Source: Paraspadella gotoi
Taxonomy: Eukaryota > Animalia > Chaetognatha
DNA: 64,000 nucleotides
Direction: 5' to 3'
Assembly: GCA_051294375.1 (NCBI GenBank)
Contig: CM119271.1
Coordinates: 1,358,721-1,422,720, forward strand
In this document: positions 48,343 to 60,388 of the stretch, piece after piece
Layout of the letters: each line of letters opens with the position of its first letter
Numbering within the stretch: position 1 is the first letter of the stretch
Program-made: the position numbers and the translations under genes
The notes under the pieces: generated by a model
The model's input: the letters and a program-made list of their open reading frames with translations, nothing else
What the model was told of the DNA's origin: nothing
Databases searched by the model: none

Positions 48343-51098
48343 ATGATTTCTCCGGCCGTCTCTCTCGGCCGAAACTCGACTTTCCGGCAACTTTGTCGAA
48401 CAACATTCCGGTTGTCCTACCCTTTACATAGTCGACAATTGAGCAACAACAACGACAAAGTTGAGGACTATGAATCTTCGTTCCGCCGATCACTCGCGGA
48501 TCCGCGGGGATTCTGGGCCGACGCCGCAGAGAAACTCGTCTGGCACAAAAAGTGGGATAGAATTTTGGACGATTCGAACCCGCCTTTCATCAAGTGGTTC
48601 GTCGGCGGCGAAATCTCAGCCTGCTACAACGCCGTCGACAGACACGTCGAGGCGGGCGACGGCGACAAGGTCGCCCTTATTCACGACAGTCCCGTGACGA
48701 ATTCCTGCAAAACCGTCACGTATGGGGAATTGCTATCTCAGGTGGTTGTCGTCACGAGGCGGTTGACATTTGTGGTGGTTTTCCATCACAAATCTACCTA
48801 AGTTGCTCAAGGTTAAAAACTTTTTTCTCTGGAGAGACACGTATGGAAGAGAAATATTTAGATTATACAATTTGAAAGAATTCCGTGAGTTAAATGACTC
48901 GTAAAAGAATAGTATTTACTATGTACCGATGAAAATATATTATATATATATATAATAAATTAAAAATATCTAAAATCCATACCACTCAAGGTTCGATGCT
49001 TGGCGGACGTGCTCCGCCGCCAAGGAGTCGAAAAGGGCGACCGCGTTGTAATCTACATGCCGATGATCCCCGAGGCCTGCGTGGCCATGCTGGCCGTCCA
49101 GCGCCTCGGCGCCTGCCACTCCCTCGTCTTTGGAGGCTTTGCGGCCAAGGAGCTGGCGACGAGAATCGACCATGCCATGCCCAAGGTCATCTTGACGACC
49201 AATTGCGCCGTAGAGCCCGACCGTATCATCGATTACAAGGCCACCGTCGACGAGGCCCTCAAGATCGCCACCCACCCTACACTCAAGACGCTCGTGTTCG
49301 ACCGACCAGAGGCGCTGCCGGCAAAGCTAAATCCCCGACATGACCTCAACTGGCAAGAAGCGGTAGCGGGCGCCATCGGGGTTGACTGCGTCCCCTCCGC
49401 CGCCACCGATCCCATGTACATCCTCTACACTTCCGGTACGACGGGGAAACCCAAAGGCATTCCGCGGCCGCTCGCGGGGCAGATCGTCTGCCTTCATTGG
49501 AGTATGAAGAATCTCTATGGAATGAACCCGGGAGAGGCGTGGTTTTGCGCCTCGGACCTCGGTTGGGTCGTCGGCCACTGCTACGTCTGCTACGGACCCC
49601 TTTTAGCCGGAAACCCTTCAATCATTTACGAGGGAAAGCCCGTGACGACGCCCGACGCTGGCGCACTTTGGCGCGTGCTGAGTCAGCACGGCGCCGCGGG
49701 TCTATTCGCCTCGCCGTCCTTCGTCCGCGCCGTTCGTCGGGTCGATCCCAACGCAGCGCTCAAGTCGCCCCACGACCTCTCCAAGCTGCGCAACCTCTTC
49801 CTGGCCGGGGAGCATCTCGACGTCAACACGCTGAGTTGGCTGCGTGACGTCGTGGGCGAGGGGGTCGGCGTCCTGGACCACTGGTGGCAGACGGAGACTG
49901 GATTCGCCATCACGGCTCCCTGCGTCGGAATGAGCGGGGCCGGTCGACAGCCCGACGGGTCGGCGGGGCTACGAGTGCCCGGCTGGGATCTGAGGGTGCT
50001 CAGAGAGGACGGATCAGAGGCCGAGCCCAACGAATTGGGGTCATTGGCCGCCAAGCTTCCACTGCCGCCTGCTTCCTTCGATACGCTGTACAAGGCCGAC
50101 GACAGATTTGTTTCGACTTACTTCGAAAAGTTTTCTGGTTATTACGATACACAGGTGAGGGTATGATGTCAGTATAACGGACTTCGACTATAACTTTCAG
50201 CTGCACTTAAAGAATGGGCCGTTATAACTCTCTTACGAAATATGAAAAAAGCATATTCTCGAGCTCGAATTACAAGAATAAATAGGAAAACCACAAAAAA
50301 ATATAACGCAACAAACTTTGCTCATTTAAAATAATAATATAAACCTCTAAAGAGATAAAGTAAAATTTTATTATTATTTAATCAAAACACAACAATATGC
50401 AAATTGGTTTATCACTCAATCTCATTGGAAACGATTCACAAATTACTCTGCTTCACACTCATCGCCTTACGATGATGATGGATGGAAATCTAAGTTACCC
50501 ATTTTGTTTTTTGAGGTTTACATCGATAATTACTGTATTAAGTATTAACCGTTAAAGAGAGTCATACTGATAAAACCAATTGGACCGAATCACTATTACT
50601 TTCGTAATTTTTGTGTTATCATCACAGGACGCTGGGATGATCGACGCTGACGGTTTCGTCTTTGTTCTCTCTCGTCAAGACGACGTGATCAACGTTTCGG
50701 GGAAGCGCATCTCCGGTGGGGCGCTTGAGGAGGCCATCATGCGGCAGACGGATGTTGCCGAGTGCTGCGTCTTTGCCATACCCGATGAACTGCAGGGCGA
50801 GCGGCCCGTTGGGCTCGCCGTTCTCAAGGGCGATGTTGTCAAGAGTCGCGAGGCGATCGCCAAGGAGATCGTCGGCCTGGTCCGCAGCAACGTGGGTCCC
50901 GTTGCTGGATTTAAGACCGTCGTCTTCGTCCCGCGCCTGCCCAAGACGCGAACGGGCAAGATCCCGCGCAGCACAATCGCCGATCTGGCCACGGGGAACC
51001 CGGTTAAGATTCCCGTCACTATAGAAGACGAGACGGTCTACGGCCCGCTGGACGAGGCCTTTAAGGAAGCGGGGCTCAAGCTCAAGGTCAAACCTTGA
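48343..51098 (+). CDS. ACSS3: Mitochondrial acyl-CoA synthetase short-chain family member 3; exons approx. 48343-48741, 48991-50154, 50628-51098
   Basis: Transit-peptide-like N-terminus. KWFVGGEISACYNAVDRHV, AMP-binding YILYTSGTTGKPKG, ASDLGWVVGH, DHWWQTETG and LPKTRTGKIPR. Confidence 0.9.
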
Positions 51099-51317
51099 AA
51101 TCGGGAGTGGGTTTTGGGAAAGCGCCTTTTTGTCAAGCTCAAGGGAAACGTAACAATTTAACAAGATGTTAAATGTTACACATTTTGACGCGAAACTTAT
51201 GGCGAGTCCAAATTCGAAGAACACCCGTTTTTCTATTTCTCTGGTGATTTCGAACTTCTAAGTTCAAAAATTTATCAGTTTTTACAGTTTTTTAATTTCA
51301 AGTTATTGTTTTTTTGG

Positions 51318-51502
51318 GGTTACTTTTACTTTCGCCGACCGGGGTTAGGGTTAAGGGTAATTTAAGGGTGGTTTAGTGTTAGGGGTGGTTAGGGTTAGGG
51401 TAATTAAGCAATATTTTTTATTAATTTTTTTTAAAAATAAGAATTTTTAAATGATTTTTCAAAAACCGCCATAACCGCGGTCGGCGAAAGTAAAATTTAG
51501 CC
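51318..51502. mobile_element. MITE-like element with ~30-bp TIRs enclosing TTAGGG-like repeats
   Basis: TTTTACTTTCGCCGACCG (51324-51341) and its exact reverse complement CGGTCGGCGAAAGTAAAA (51478-51495). Internal GGGTTAGGG repeats. T-runs on both flanks. Confidence 0.7.
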
Positions 51503-52131
51503 GTTTTTTTTACAAGAGATCTGTATTTTTCACAAAGTGCATGTTGTTAATCAGGGCTTTTTCAAATGTAATTTTTTACAATGCCCTTTTTTGTTGGTAT
51601 TAAACGCAAAGCGAAAAGCAAGTTTTTAATACGTTACTTATATTTTTTCCAAATTTGGGAACTAAGTCATTCCATCGTCCAAAATTCTTGTTTTTATCTG
51701 CATAATCTGCCGCTTTATTTTATTTTTTTAACAATATTAACAAGATGCTTCGAATATTTGCATCAGTCATGTTCTAGTCGCTATAATTTTCCTAGTTGTT
51801 CATGGTGCCAGTAGTAGTATTATAGTTTTATCACTTTCATTTTTACTTTTTTTTGGTTACAGGTTCGGTTCTTTAACTAGTTTTTTTTTTCTGAAAGAAA
51901 ACCGAGCAAACAAATAATCGCGGGAATGGTTGCAAAAAATTTAAATGATATTAACAATAAATGTGAACCAAAAAAAGAAATTTAGAAAAAGAGATCAGGG
52001 GACAAAGTCAAGCTAGTCAAACTAGTTAGTTCGATTTACTGAGGTGATAAAGTTAATTTTTAGCCATTGGTGCTTTAATACGCATTCCTTTTTCTTTGTA
52101 TAATTTTTTATACCGGAATTGTAGATATGAA

Positions 52132-55100
52132 ATGAAAGGTTTCGATGAAAAAGATGAGAGCGACGCACGAACTAACAACGACGACGTCGCGGACAATGAT
52201 TTTGAAAGGAAAAGGAGAGAACTGGAAAGACGAGTGGGAGGAGAAAAGGAAGCCGAAAAACAATTCGTGATTATGGGTGAAGAAATGAATCGTGAGGATG
52301 CTGCGCCTGTGATACGGACGATTCAGAGTGACAGGATGAACGAGCAAACAGTCGACGCCTCTAATATCTCAAAGGGTCCCGTCGATCTCACCGTGGACCC
52401 TTCAATGGATCTCAATGGAGACGTCGTTACCCTTCCAAGTGTGACCGAGGATAATTCTGCGACACATTCGGCCATTTTTAACATCGACTCCTCAAGCAAT
52501 AACCTCAAAGTTTCTAATTCGAGCTTCAAGGATGAGCAGCCCTCACTTCTCACATGCGCGCTCGTCGAAAACTCCAACGAAGCTCCCGTCCCTGATCTTC
52601 CGGACGATGTTTCCCCCTCGAACAAACCTCTTGAGCCCCAAAATTTCACGACAGTCGCCCCTCTGTATTTTCTTCCAGACCCTGCTAAATCTGAGTCCCT
52701 GGAGCACGACCCTCCTCATTCCGAGTCCCCGAACTTGATTCCTCCTAAATCCGAGCCTCTAAAACTTGACCCTCTTAAATCGGAACCGAATCCACCGCCA
52801 CCAACAGTCGCCATCGTCGTAGAAGAAATCCTTGACTCCGACAGTTCCGTTTCCCTCCCTCCTTCTCCCCGACGCCGTCGACGGTCGCGCCCTCTTCGAT
52901 CCTCGCCCACTCGAGACTCGGACGTGGAGATTCTCAGTTCCGACGACGAGGCGATCCTGCTCAAAAAAGCCGAAGATGCGCGGAAGAAGAAGAGACAGGT
53001 TGTCCGGGGTCCAAAATTAATATGAAATTGCATTCGGTGAAGACTCTGAAGTGGTATGATTTTTTTTGCCAACTTTCTTCCAACTACATAAATTTAAGGA
53101 CAGCTCCCATAAATATTTGATCAGGGGAATACTATTGTATAAGCAGCTAAGCAGCCTTTTTTTCCAAAACTTTAGTTTACATATGAAATCGCCTCTCAGG
53201 AAAAGACAGTCCTCGACACCTCCAAGAACATCCTCAACTCTATCAAACGATTCAAGTCTTCAAACGGCTCCATCAAGATACCTTCGTTGAACAACATCGT
53301 CAAGAAGCAAGTCGTCGATGCGAACTCAAAGGGTCGTTGGGCCGGCGACGCTGTCGAAGCCGTTGAAGGCGTCACTAATGGTTCCGATCCCTCATCGCCG
53401 TGGACGATAGAGGAGAGTCGAGGCAGCACACCCTGCGAGGACCCGCTGCAACCGGAGGAAGGCGATGAGCCGTGGGAGGAGGCGGATGAGGGGGAGAAGA
53501 AGGAAGAAGAGGCTCGACCGGCAGAGTCTTTGACGGCAGAGGGCGTGAGGGAAGCGGCGCGGAAGAACGCCGCCATCAACGCCGAGTACAATGTCGAGAA
53601 GATTCTCAAGGTTGGTTAATGGTTATTGGCAATTCGGTTTGTAAAGCGGCGGAGGAGGAGGATTTTGAAAAGATTGTCTTCCCCCACCTTACAGGGACTA
53701 AAGGCCGCGACGCTGACCCTCAACAAGATTTCCGACGTCCGTAGCCGAGCGGACGAAAGCGCGGAGGCGGCGGAATCAAAGGAGAGTTTTTGCGAGATCG
53801 TGATCGACTCTAGCGACGACGACGACGTGGACGACAAGGCGGACGTCGACCGAAAAAACGACGACGACAACGGTTTGGAGAAAACTCAGGTGGCCAAAGT
53901 CGCCGAGCAACTCAACGATGCAGGTCGGGATATTGTACCTATTATCGTTCTTGTCATTTTTGTCACTTTTGTCATGACATTGTTAACGTTTTAGTCAAAT
54001 AACGAGGTTAATTAATTAGTGAATACAAGTTATTAGGTTGACAATAGTTTAACAACGGGCAATGATAAAGGTTGGGGTCTTTCCAGGCGTCACTGTTAAA
54101 AAGGCCGTCCCCAAAAAGCCGAGGCAATTATTTCCCAAATGGCAAACGGTTCCCAATCTTCCTTCGATGGAGGATGTAGTTTCAGAAAATCGACCTGTGA
54201 CGCAACCGCCGCCTCTCCCAGACCATTTGCGACGACCCATGAAGGTTTGTTGGTTTATTGAGAGCGATATGGCGGAATTTGAATCGAATGGAACAAAATT
54301 CGTGTTTAGCAGAATCTCTTTAAATATTATTATAATACATACATTATGGCTACTAATATATAATAATAATGGATAATTTTTATATTGGTTGTACCAATTT
54401 CATATATATATATATATATATTATAAAAGTCTCCCTCGTTCTCCTTTCCTCCCTCCAGGTACTCTCCATGTTCGACGGAATCTCCGGCTGCTTCGTCGCC
54501 CTCCGCCAACTCGGCATCAGCGTGGACACTTACGTCTCGAGCGAGACGGACGCCTACTCGAAGATCGTGACGATGATTCGCCATCCCGAGGCCGTACAGG
54601 TTGGCGACGCGCGCGGTGTCGACCGCCGCCTTCTCGAGGAGCACGGACCCTTCGATTTGCTCGTCGGCGGCCTCCCGGTCGACGACTTCGAATCCCGATC
54701 CTCGCTGAAGGAGCATCGTCCGGGGATGCACTTCGAGGCCTTCGTTGACGTGCTCAACCTTTGTTGGAAGCATCATCGAAAGGTTTGGCGAAAGCTGGAT
54801 GAGAATTTGAGGAGGTTTTATATAGAGTATCAATGAATACTTGTACTTGTTTAAATCATTAACGAGTTTATCACAATGTTTTTACCCTTGTCTCCTTTAC
54901 AAACCGTCCACGTTCATTTTACAACCTACAGTCCGGTCTACTCACGCCCTTCTACTGGTGCTTCTACAACGTCGACCTCGTTCCTCGTCACCGCGACGAA
55001 ATCACCTCCACGCTCGGCTGTGATTGCGTCAAACTTGACGCCGTCCATATCTCGCCCATGAGGAGACCAGACTTTTTTTGGACCAACCTTCCCGGGATGG

Positions 55101-55750
55101 AAATGGTGCTTAAGCCGGACCCGCGATGGGACCGAACCGTGTTACAGGTCCGGGGGTGTTAATGAGAGAGAGGGAAGCTTAACCTCTTCCTCCTCAAATG
55201 TTCGCGTTCCCCCCCGTATACGAGATAGGCGGACGGAGGAAGGAGCAGGGCGTTAACCTGGAGGCCCTTTTTCAAAATATAACATTGTGTACGAGATAGG
55301 CGGACGGAGGGAGGAGCAGGGCGTTAACCTGGAGGCCCTTTTTCAAAATATAACATTGTGTACGAGATAGGCGGACGGAGGAAGGAGCAGGGCGTTAACC
55401 TGGAGGCCCTTTTTCAAAAATAACATTGTCCCCCCCCCCCATTCACTCCCCAGGATTGTCTCGAGCCCGCCCGGCTGGCCCGCGTCCGTCGTCTCAACAC
55501 CCTGACGACCTCCTTCGACTCGATGAAGCAAGGATCCTTCCATCAACCCCCCATCAATCACGAGGGTGAGCTCGATGATCTCTGGATGGTTGAGGTGGAA
55601 CGCGTTCTCGGCTTTCCCGATCATTACACGGACGTGGCGAATCTTCCGCCGCGCGATCGACTGGCGCTTCTTGCCATCTCCTGCTCCGTCCCGCTCGTCC
55701 GTCACATCCTCGCTCCGCTGAAAGACTATTTCGCCGTCGAGAAGGCGTAG
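52132..55750 (+). CDS. DNMT3-family protein with substituted catalytic residues; 7 exons approx. 52132-52998, 53200-53610, 53694-53922, 54087-54244, 54459-54783, 54932-55147, 55454-55750
   Basis: RRPMKVLSMFDGISG, VGDAR, GPFDLLVGGLPVDD, PFYWCFYNV, RRPDFFWTNLPGM, LQDCLEP, SMKQG, VERVLGFPDHYTDVANL and SVPLVRHILAPLKDYF are collinear with the DNMT3 methyltransferase domain. The frame stays open across GT-AG junctions. Linkage of the N-terminal exons is less certain. Confidence 0.85.
55216..55429. repeat. 71-bp tandem triplication in the last DNMT3-like intron
   Basis: ACGAGATAGGCGGACGGAGG recurs at 55220, 55291 and 55362. Units are almost identical. Confidence 0.9.
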
Positions 55751-56429
55751 AAGCGGAAAAGGGAATTCCCATTTGAAAATTAAAAAAGGTGTTTATAGGA
55801 CAATTAGTTTCTCATAATTCGAAAAAGGAAGAGAAACTGCTCCCCGTTTCTCTTCTTTTAGCTTCAAATAACCCCCCTCCTCATCTTATGGTCGTTTTCC
55901 TTTGCTCTTCACATGCTTGGCCATCTCCAACGACATTCCGTTTGACACATTCCGACCTTTTGATGAAATTCTCTCTGTTCTCATCCTTTTTCTCTCATTT
56001 TAATTTCAATCAATTCTAGACAAAGAATGAATTAATAAATTCTGCCATCGCTTCAATCTTTTTTCTCTTTTCCCGACGATCGAATTTTTACATCGAAATT
56101 CGATAGACCCTTTTTTCAACTATTAAATTTTCATAAATCTGTCAAAAACTATTCAAACTTCATTATTATTAGTGAAATATTTTTTATAAAACATTTCATC
56201 GCCAGTATTTATTTTTATTGGTTCCAGAGTCTCTTATGACGCGACTCTTTTAAAAATTAAAAATAAAAACTTTTCTCTTGATCCACTTGGCGGAAAAAAA
56301 AGTGAGGCCATGGACATGGGCGACATCGTCGAATGAAGGGCGGCGAGGGGCTCCGCGAGACCATGTCCCCTCCGCCGCAGCAATGCCGCTCGGCATTGAC
56401 ATCTTCCTTCTCTCGGAATCCCCGAAGCA

Positions 56430-59012
56430 ATGAGTCGAGATCCCGCCGGTTCTGTCTCGAGTGATCATCGCCAAAGTCAAAGTCGGTGAGGCTCGAAAAT
56501 GTGGAGACAATCCACGAGGTTTTTGAAGTCAGATACAAAAAGGGTTTGAATAATAACACTGTAAATCTCATATCAAAAAATATCGCAGGGTACATCAGCA
56601 ACAATATAAATAAAAATAGAATTAATTAATTAATTAAAGCGTAGCAAAAATATTGAAATCAAGGAGAATAAAAATTCGAATATTTATAAAATTATAAAAT
56701 TCATATTTAAATTTTAACTCAATAAAATCGTTGTGAACACAAAAATCGATTTTTTCCTAATATTTAATTTAAAAAAAAATTGTCAATTTTCGCATATCCC
56801 ATAGTATACATAGTATACATAGTATACATAGTACTCATCATAGAAAATGTCAATTTAAAATGTTTTTTTCTTATTTTTGAAAGCAGATGCGAATTTTTCT
56901 AGAAAGTTGATAAAAGGAAATATAAGAACTTTCACTACGCCTTATTAATTAGGCAACGTGTGAAACATTACTAATCTTCGAGATTATCCTGCATTTTCAT
57001 GTAATTAAGATAAAATTTATTTTCCGTCAAAAAAAACCTATTTCATTAATTGTTCAGTTCTTTTTTTAAAAATAAGATAACTGTCAGGGTAATAATTAAA
57101 CCTAAAAGCTTATCCGTTGCCGATAGTAAGTCTTTTAATGTCCGTTGACGAGAATTACCCGTCGGATTCGACTTAATCTTGGGTCTCCTTTGATTTATTA
57201 CTTCCAAGTTCATCTTCCCATCACCATCTCATTTCATCGCCGAGAGAGAAATCCACCACCGTGGTTCCATCGACCTGTTCCAAAGAGTTGACTAGAGCCG
57301 AACCGGAATCAACTCGAGAAAACCTCGAATCCGACACCGGACTCTTTGATAACGGTGAGGGTGCCGGAACGCACGGTTGGGATGGTGCGCTTACCCGCTA
57401 TGACACAGATGATTCGATATTAATGTAGTTGATGTGAGGCAGTTTCTTTAAATAATATATCATTTGCGCGATTTAGTTAAAAAAATATATTTTTAAATCT
57501 CAGTTCCCGACCTCGAATCGCTTTTCTCCCCGAATCCGAAGCCAGAGAATCAACGTCTTGACCCACGCCCTGATAGTTCAGTCAACCACCGCCTCGCCCG
57601 CTTCTCCTCGGTCCCAACTTCCCACCGTTCTTTCGCCCGAGTCGAAGCCTCTCAACCTGCCTCTCAATCCCAGTTGCAGTCCATCCCCGAGACCGCCGCC
57701 TCCGGCTCCGCCCGACCGAGGAAACGATCTCGACCCTCCATCGATTCCGTGAGATTGAAAAATTCAAATTCGACGAGGGACGGGATCCAAGTTTGAAGTT
57801 TGGAAGGGAATTAATGACGGATCACAAAGAATGAGTTTCTTGAAGAATTCAGAAGCCGTAAAGGGTATATTTTAAAAGTGTTTGGTTCCAGCCCGTTAGA
57901 CTTATTAGTTTCGTATCATACTTTTAATTATCGACGGAAAGTACGAGCGAAAAAAGTGGCCAAAATAAACAAAAACTAAATTATTTAAAAAAAAACAACA
58001 TTTTTTCTTGAGGAAGGAAGGAAGTGGGTGAGAAAAGGACGAGGTTTCGCCACAGCCAAAGGAGGATTCTCTTTTTTTCGTTGCCTCAACCAACGAGCAG
58101 GAGAAGAAAGTTTTCTTTTCTCGCTTTTGTGAGAAACATTTTTGCGGTTGAGCGATCTTTCCAATTCTTTCTCCTTTTCTCTCTTTTTTTTTCTTTCTTC
58201 AACTCCTTTTCCGCTCGTTTCACTTTTTTTTTTTAAAACTCGTGCGCCCTTTGCATCTCAGGAATCCTCGCCAGCACTTTTCTCGTCCCCCGTCGAGCGC
58301 CTCGCCCCTTCCGCCGAGCGCCTCCCTCCGTCGGCGCCGACTCGCCGTGGACGAAAACCTTCGAAGCTCGACATGAAGTCCAAGTTGGAGAAAAGCCGAC
58401 AGAGCGCGCGGGAGTGTCGCGCCAGAAAGAAATTGCGCTACCAGTACTTGGAAGAGTTGGTCAACGCCAGAGAAAAAGCCATTCTCAGTTTGAGAGAGGT
58501 AGAAGCTGGAAGGGTTGGGGAAAGACTGAAGTGGGACGGGTTGTGGTTATAATTATATGGTCATTATTTGCTTCAAAAAATGTATATTTTGTAAATACAT
58601 GAAAAACTTTTTAAAATTATTGAATGTAGTTTTGCACCGATATTTAAAAAAATTAATAAGTTGTGCGGCAATAATTTATTATTCGTTTATCACCATTTTT
58701 CAAATGCCTCCCCCCCTTTTCCTCCCCTTCATTAAACTGTTTCAGGAGTTGGAGGTTTACAAAAACTGGTGCCGAGACATGGACGAGGGTCGCGTCCCGC
58801 CCGACATGAAGGCAAAGATGGAAAAGTTGGAGAAAAAATTGGAGATGCCCGGAGAGCGGTCGGGCGACGCCGAGTCCGCGGACCCGGCCGACGAGGAAGA
58901 CGACGACGAAGAGGACGAAGTCGATTCCGATGACGACGACGTCTCGGACGAGGAGGAGGAAGAGGACGAAGAAGAGGAGAGAGAAAGAGCTGGAGGAGGC
59001 TCCAATCGATGA
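56430..59012 (+). CDS. CREBL2: CREBL2 / REPTOR-BP bZIP protein; probable exons 56430-56485, 57209-57354, 57504-57748, 58262-58498, 58746-59012
   Basis: [39 protein letters not shown]...RE|[18 protein letters not shown] is diagnostic. The three upstream exons join with matching phases (2, 1, 0) but are lower confidence. Confidence 0.85.
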
Positions 59013-59374
59013 AGGCGGGGAAGTAATTGTCAACTTCCGAGCTTTTCAAAATGTGTGGAGGTGCTTAATTTTTTTGTCGAATTTGTAAACAACGACGAAT
59101 TATGTACGGAACTTTCTTCTTTATCATCGTTTTTACTCCCTTGTTATTTGTACAAAATAAAATCTAGTCATGTTGTATTGTATTATTGTGGGTTTGTTTG
59201 GGTTTTTTTTATCCGCCGTTGGCTCATTCACTTATTGTTTGAATATTTAGAGTTTTTACTCGCGTATAACAATGAATTCCATGCGTCAAATGTGATTAAA
59301 GTGAACCAAAATTTACTCCAATTATTATTATAATTTTTCCTACCAAAAAACTTTTCTAATCCTCCCTAAAAAAG

Positions 59375-60388
59375 ATGATGTCGACTCGTTCCGACGTTTA
59401 TTCGTCCGCCTCTTCTCGACTACGACTTGATCCACCGACTCTACCCTCTCAGTCTATGTCCCTCTCATCTTCCCACCCTCCTTCCCACCGCCCACGCCTC
59501 TCACACTTTCCCAAAGAGCCCCTGTCGAGAGTAATGCCGCCCCGCGTGGCTTTGCTCCGCGGGCGCGCCCCTCTGACCGACGAAGAGATCCGAAAGCACG
59601 GGTGGAACCCCAACGACAAAAGTTCCAACCTCTACTTGCGACGCGGAGGAAAAAACTCAGAAGATCGGCTCTGGGTCCGACGGAACAACGTCGCTCGAAG
59701 CACGGACGCTATACGCGGCCGCACGGGTTACCGTGTTGGGACGCACCTTTGGGAGATCACTTGGGACACGAGTCAGCGTGGCACGCACGCCGTTGTGGGA
59801 GTGGCCACAAAGGACGCGCCACTACACTGCGATGGCTACCGGGCGTTGGTCGGCTCCAACGCCGAAAGTTTTGGCTGGGAACTGAGGACTAATAACCTTC
59901 TTCACAACGCGAGACCCGAAGACGATGAGGAAGAAGAAGAAGGCGGAGGCGGGGACCCCGCCGATCGTCGACTCTCTCTCGGCACCGAGGACGTGGACAA
60001 CAACGCCCCCGAGGCGCCGGGACGAATCCCGCTCAATCCGCCCCGCAAGTACCCGGTCAAGGGAGAGGCGCCCAACTCTTTCGAAGCGGTGCTGGACTTC
60101 GAGGACGGGACCCTCGCTTTCATCGTCGACGGGGAATACCAAGGAGTCGCCTTCGAGAATCTTAAGGGTCTCGAACTCTATCCCGTCGTCAGCTGCGTCT
60201 GGGGCCACTGCGAAATTCGCCTCCGCTACCTTGGCGGTCTCCCCGAGCAGCCATCCACCCTCTTTGACTATTGCAAGAGGACGATTCAAGCCAGAGTGCC
60301 CAGGAGGCAGGATTTAGAAGTCCTACCACTCCCCAAGCATATTTTGACGCATCTGAAAGAGACTCATCATTTGGGACAGGCACAATAA
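59375..60388 (+). CDS. SPSB: SPRY-domain SOCS-box protein (SPSB1/4, gustavus-like), single exon
   Basis: HGWNPNDKSSN, STDAIRGRTGY, QRGTHAVVGVAT, LVGSNAESFGW, LYPVVSCVWGHCEI, and a SOCS box (LFDYCKRTI...LPLPKHILTHL). Confidence 0.9.
   Translation: MMSTRSDVYSSASSRLRLDPPTLPSQSMSLSSSHPPSHRPRLSHFPKEPLSRVMPPRVALLRGRAPLTDEEIRKHGWNPNDKSSNLYLRRGGKNSEDRLWVRRNNVARSTDAIRGRTGYRVGTHLWEITWDTSQRGTHAVVGVATKDAPLHCDGYRALVGSNAESFGWELRTNNLLHNARPEDDEEEEEGGGGDPADRRLSLGTEDVDNNAPEAPGRIPLNPPRKYPVKGEAPNSFEAVLDFEDGTLAFIVDGEYQGVAFENLKGLELYPVVSCVWGHCEIRLRYLGGLPEQPSTLFDYCKRTIQARVPRRQDLEVLPLPKHILTHLKETHHLGQAQ

Noticed and set aside
48343-51098. Bacterial prpE/acs horizontal transfer or contamination
   Set aside because: Has GT-AG introns and a transit-peptide-like N-terminus, and matches the animal ACSS3 pattern among animal genes.
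51340-51402. True telomere or chromosome-fusion scar
   Set aside because: Short, degenerate, single orientation and enclosed by TIRs.
55216-55429. Regularly spaced repeats resembling a CRISPR array
   Set aside because: Units are head-to-tail with no unique spacers, lie in a eukaryotic intron, and have no cas genes nearby.
56798-56835. (CATAGTATA)n short array
   Set aside because: Ordinary 9-bp intronic minisatellite with no further structure.
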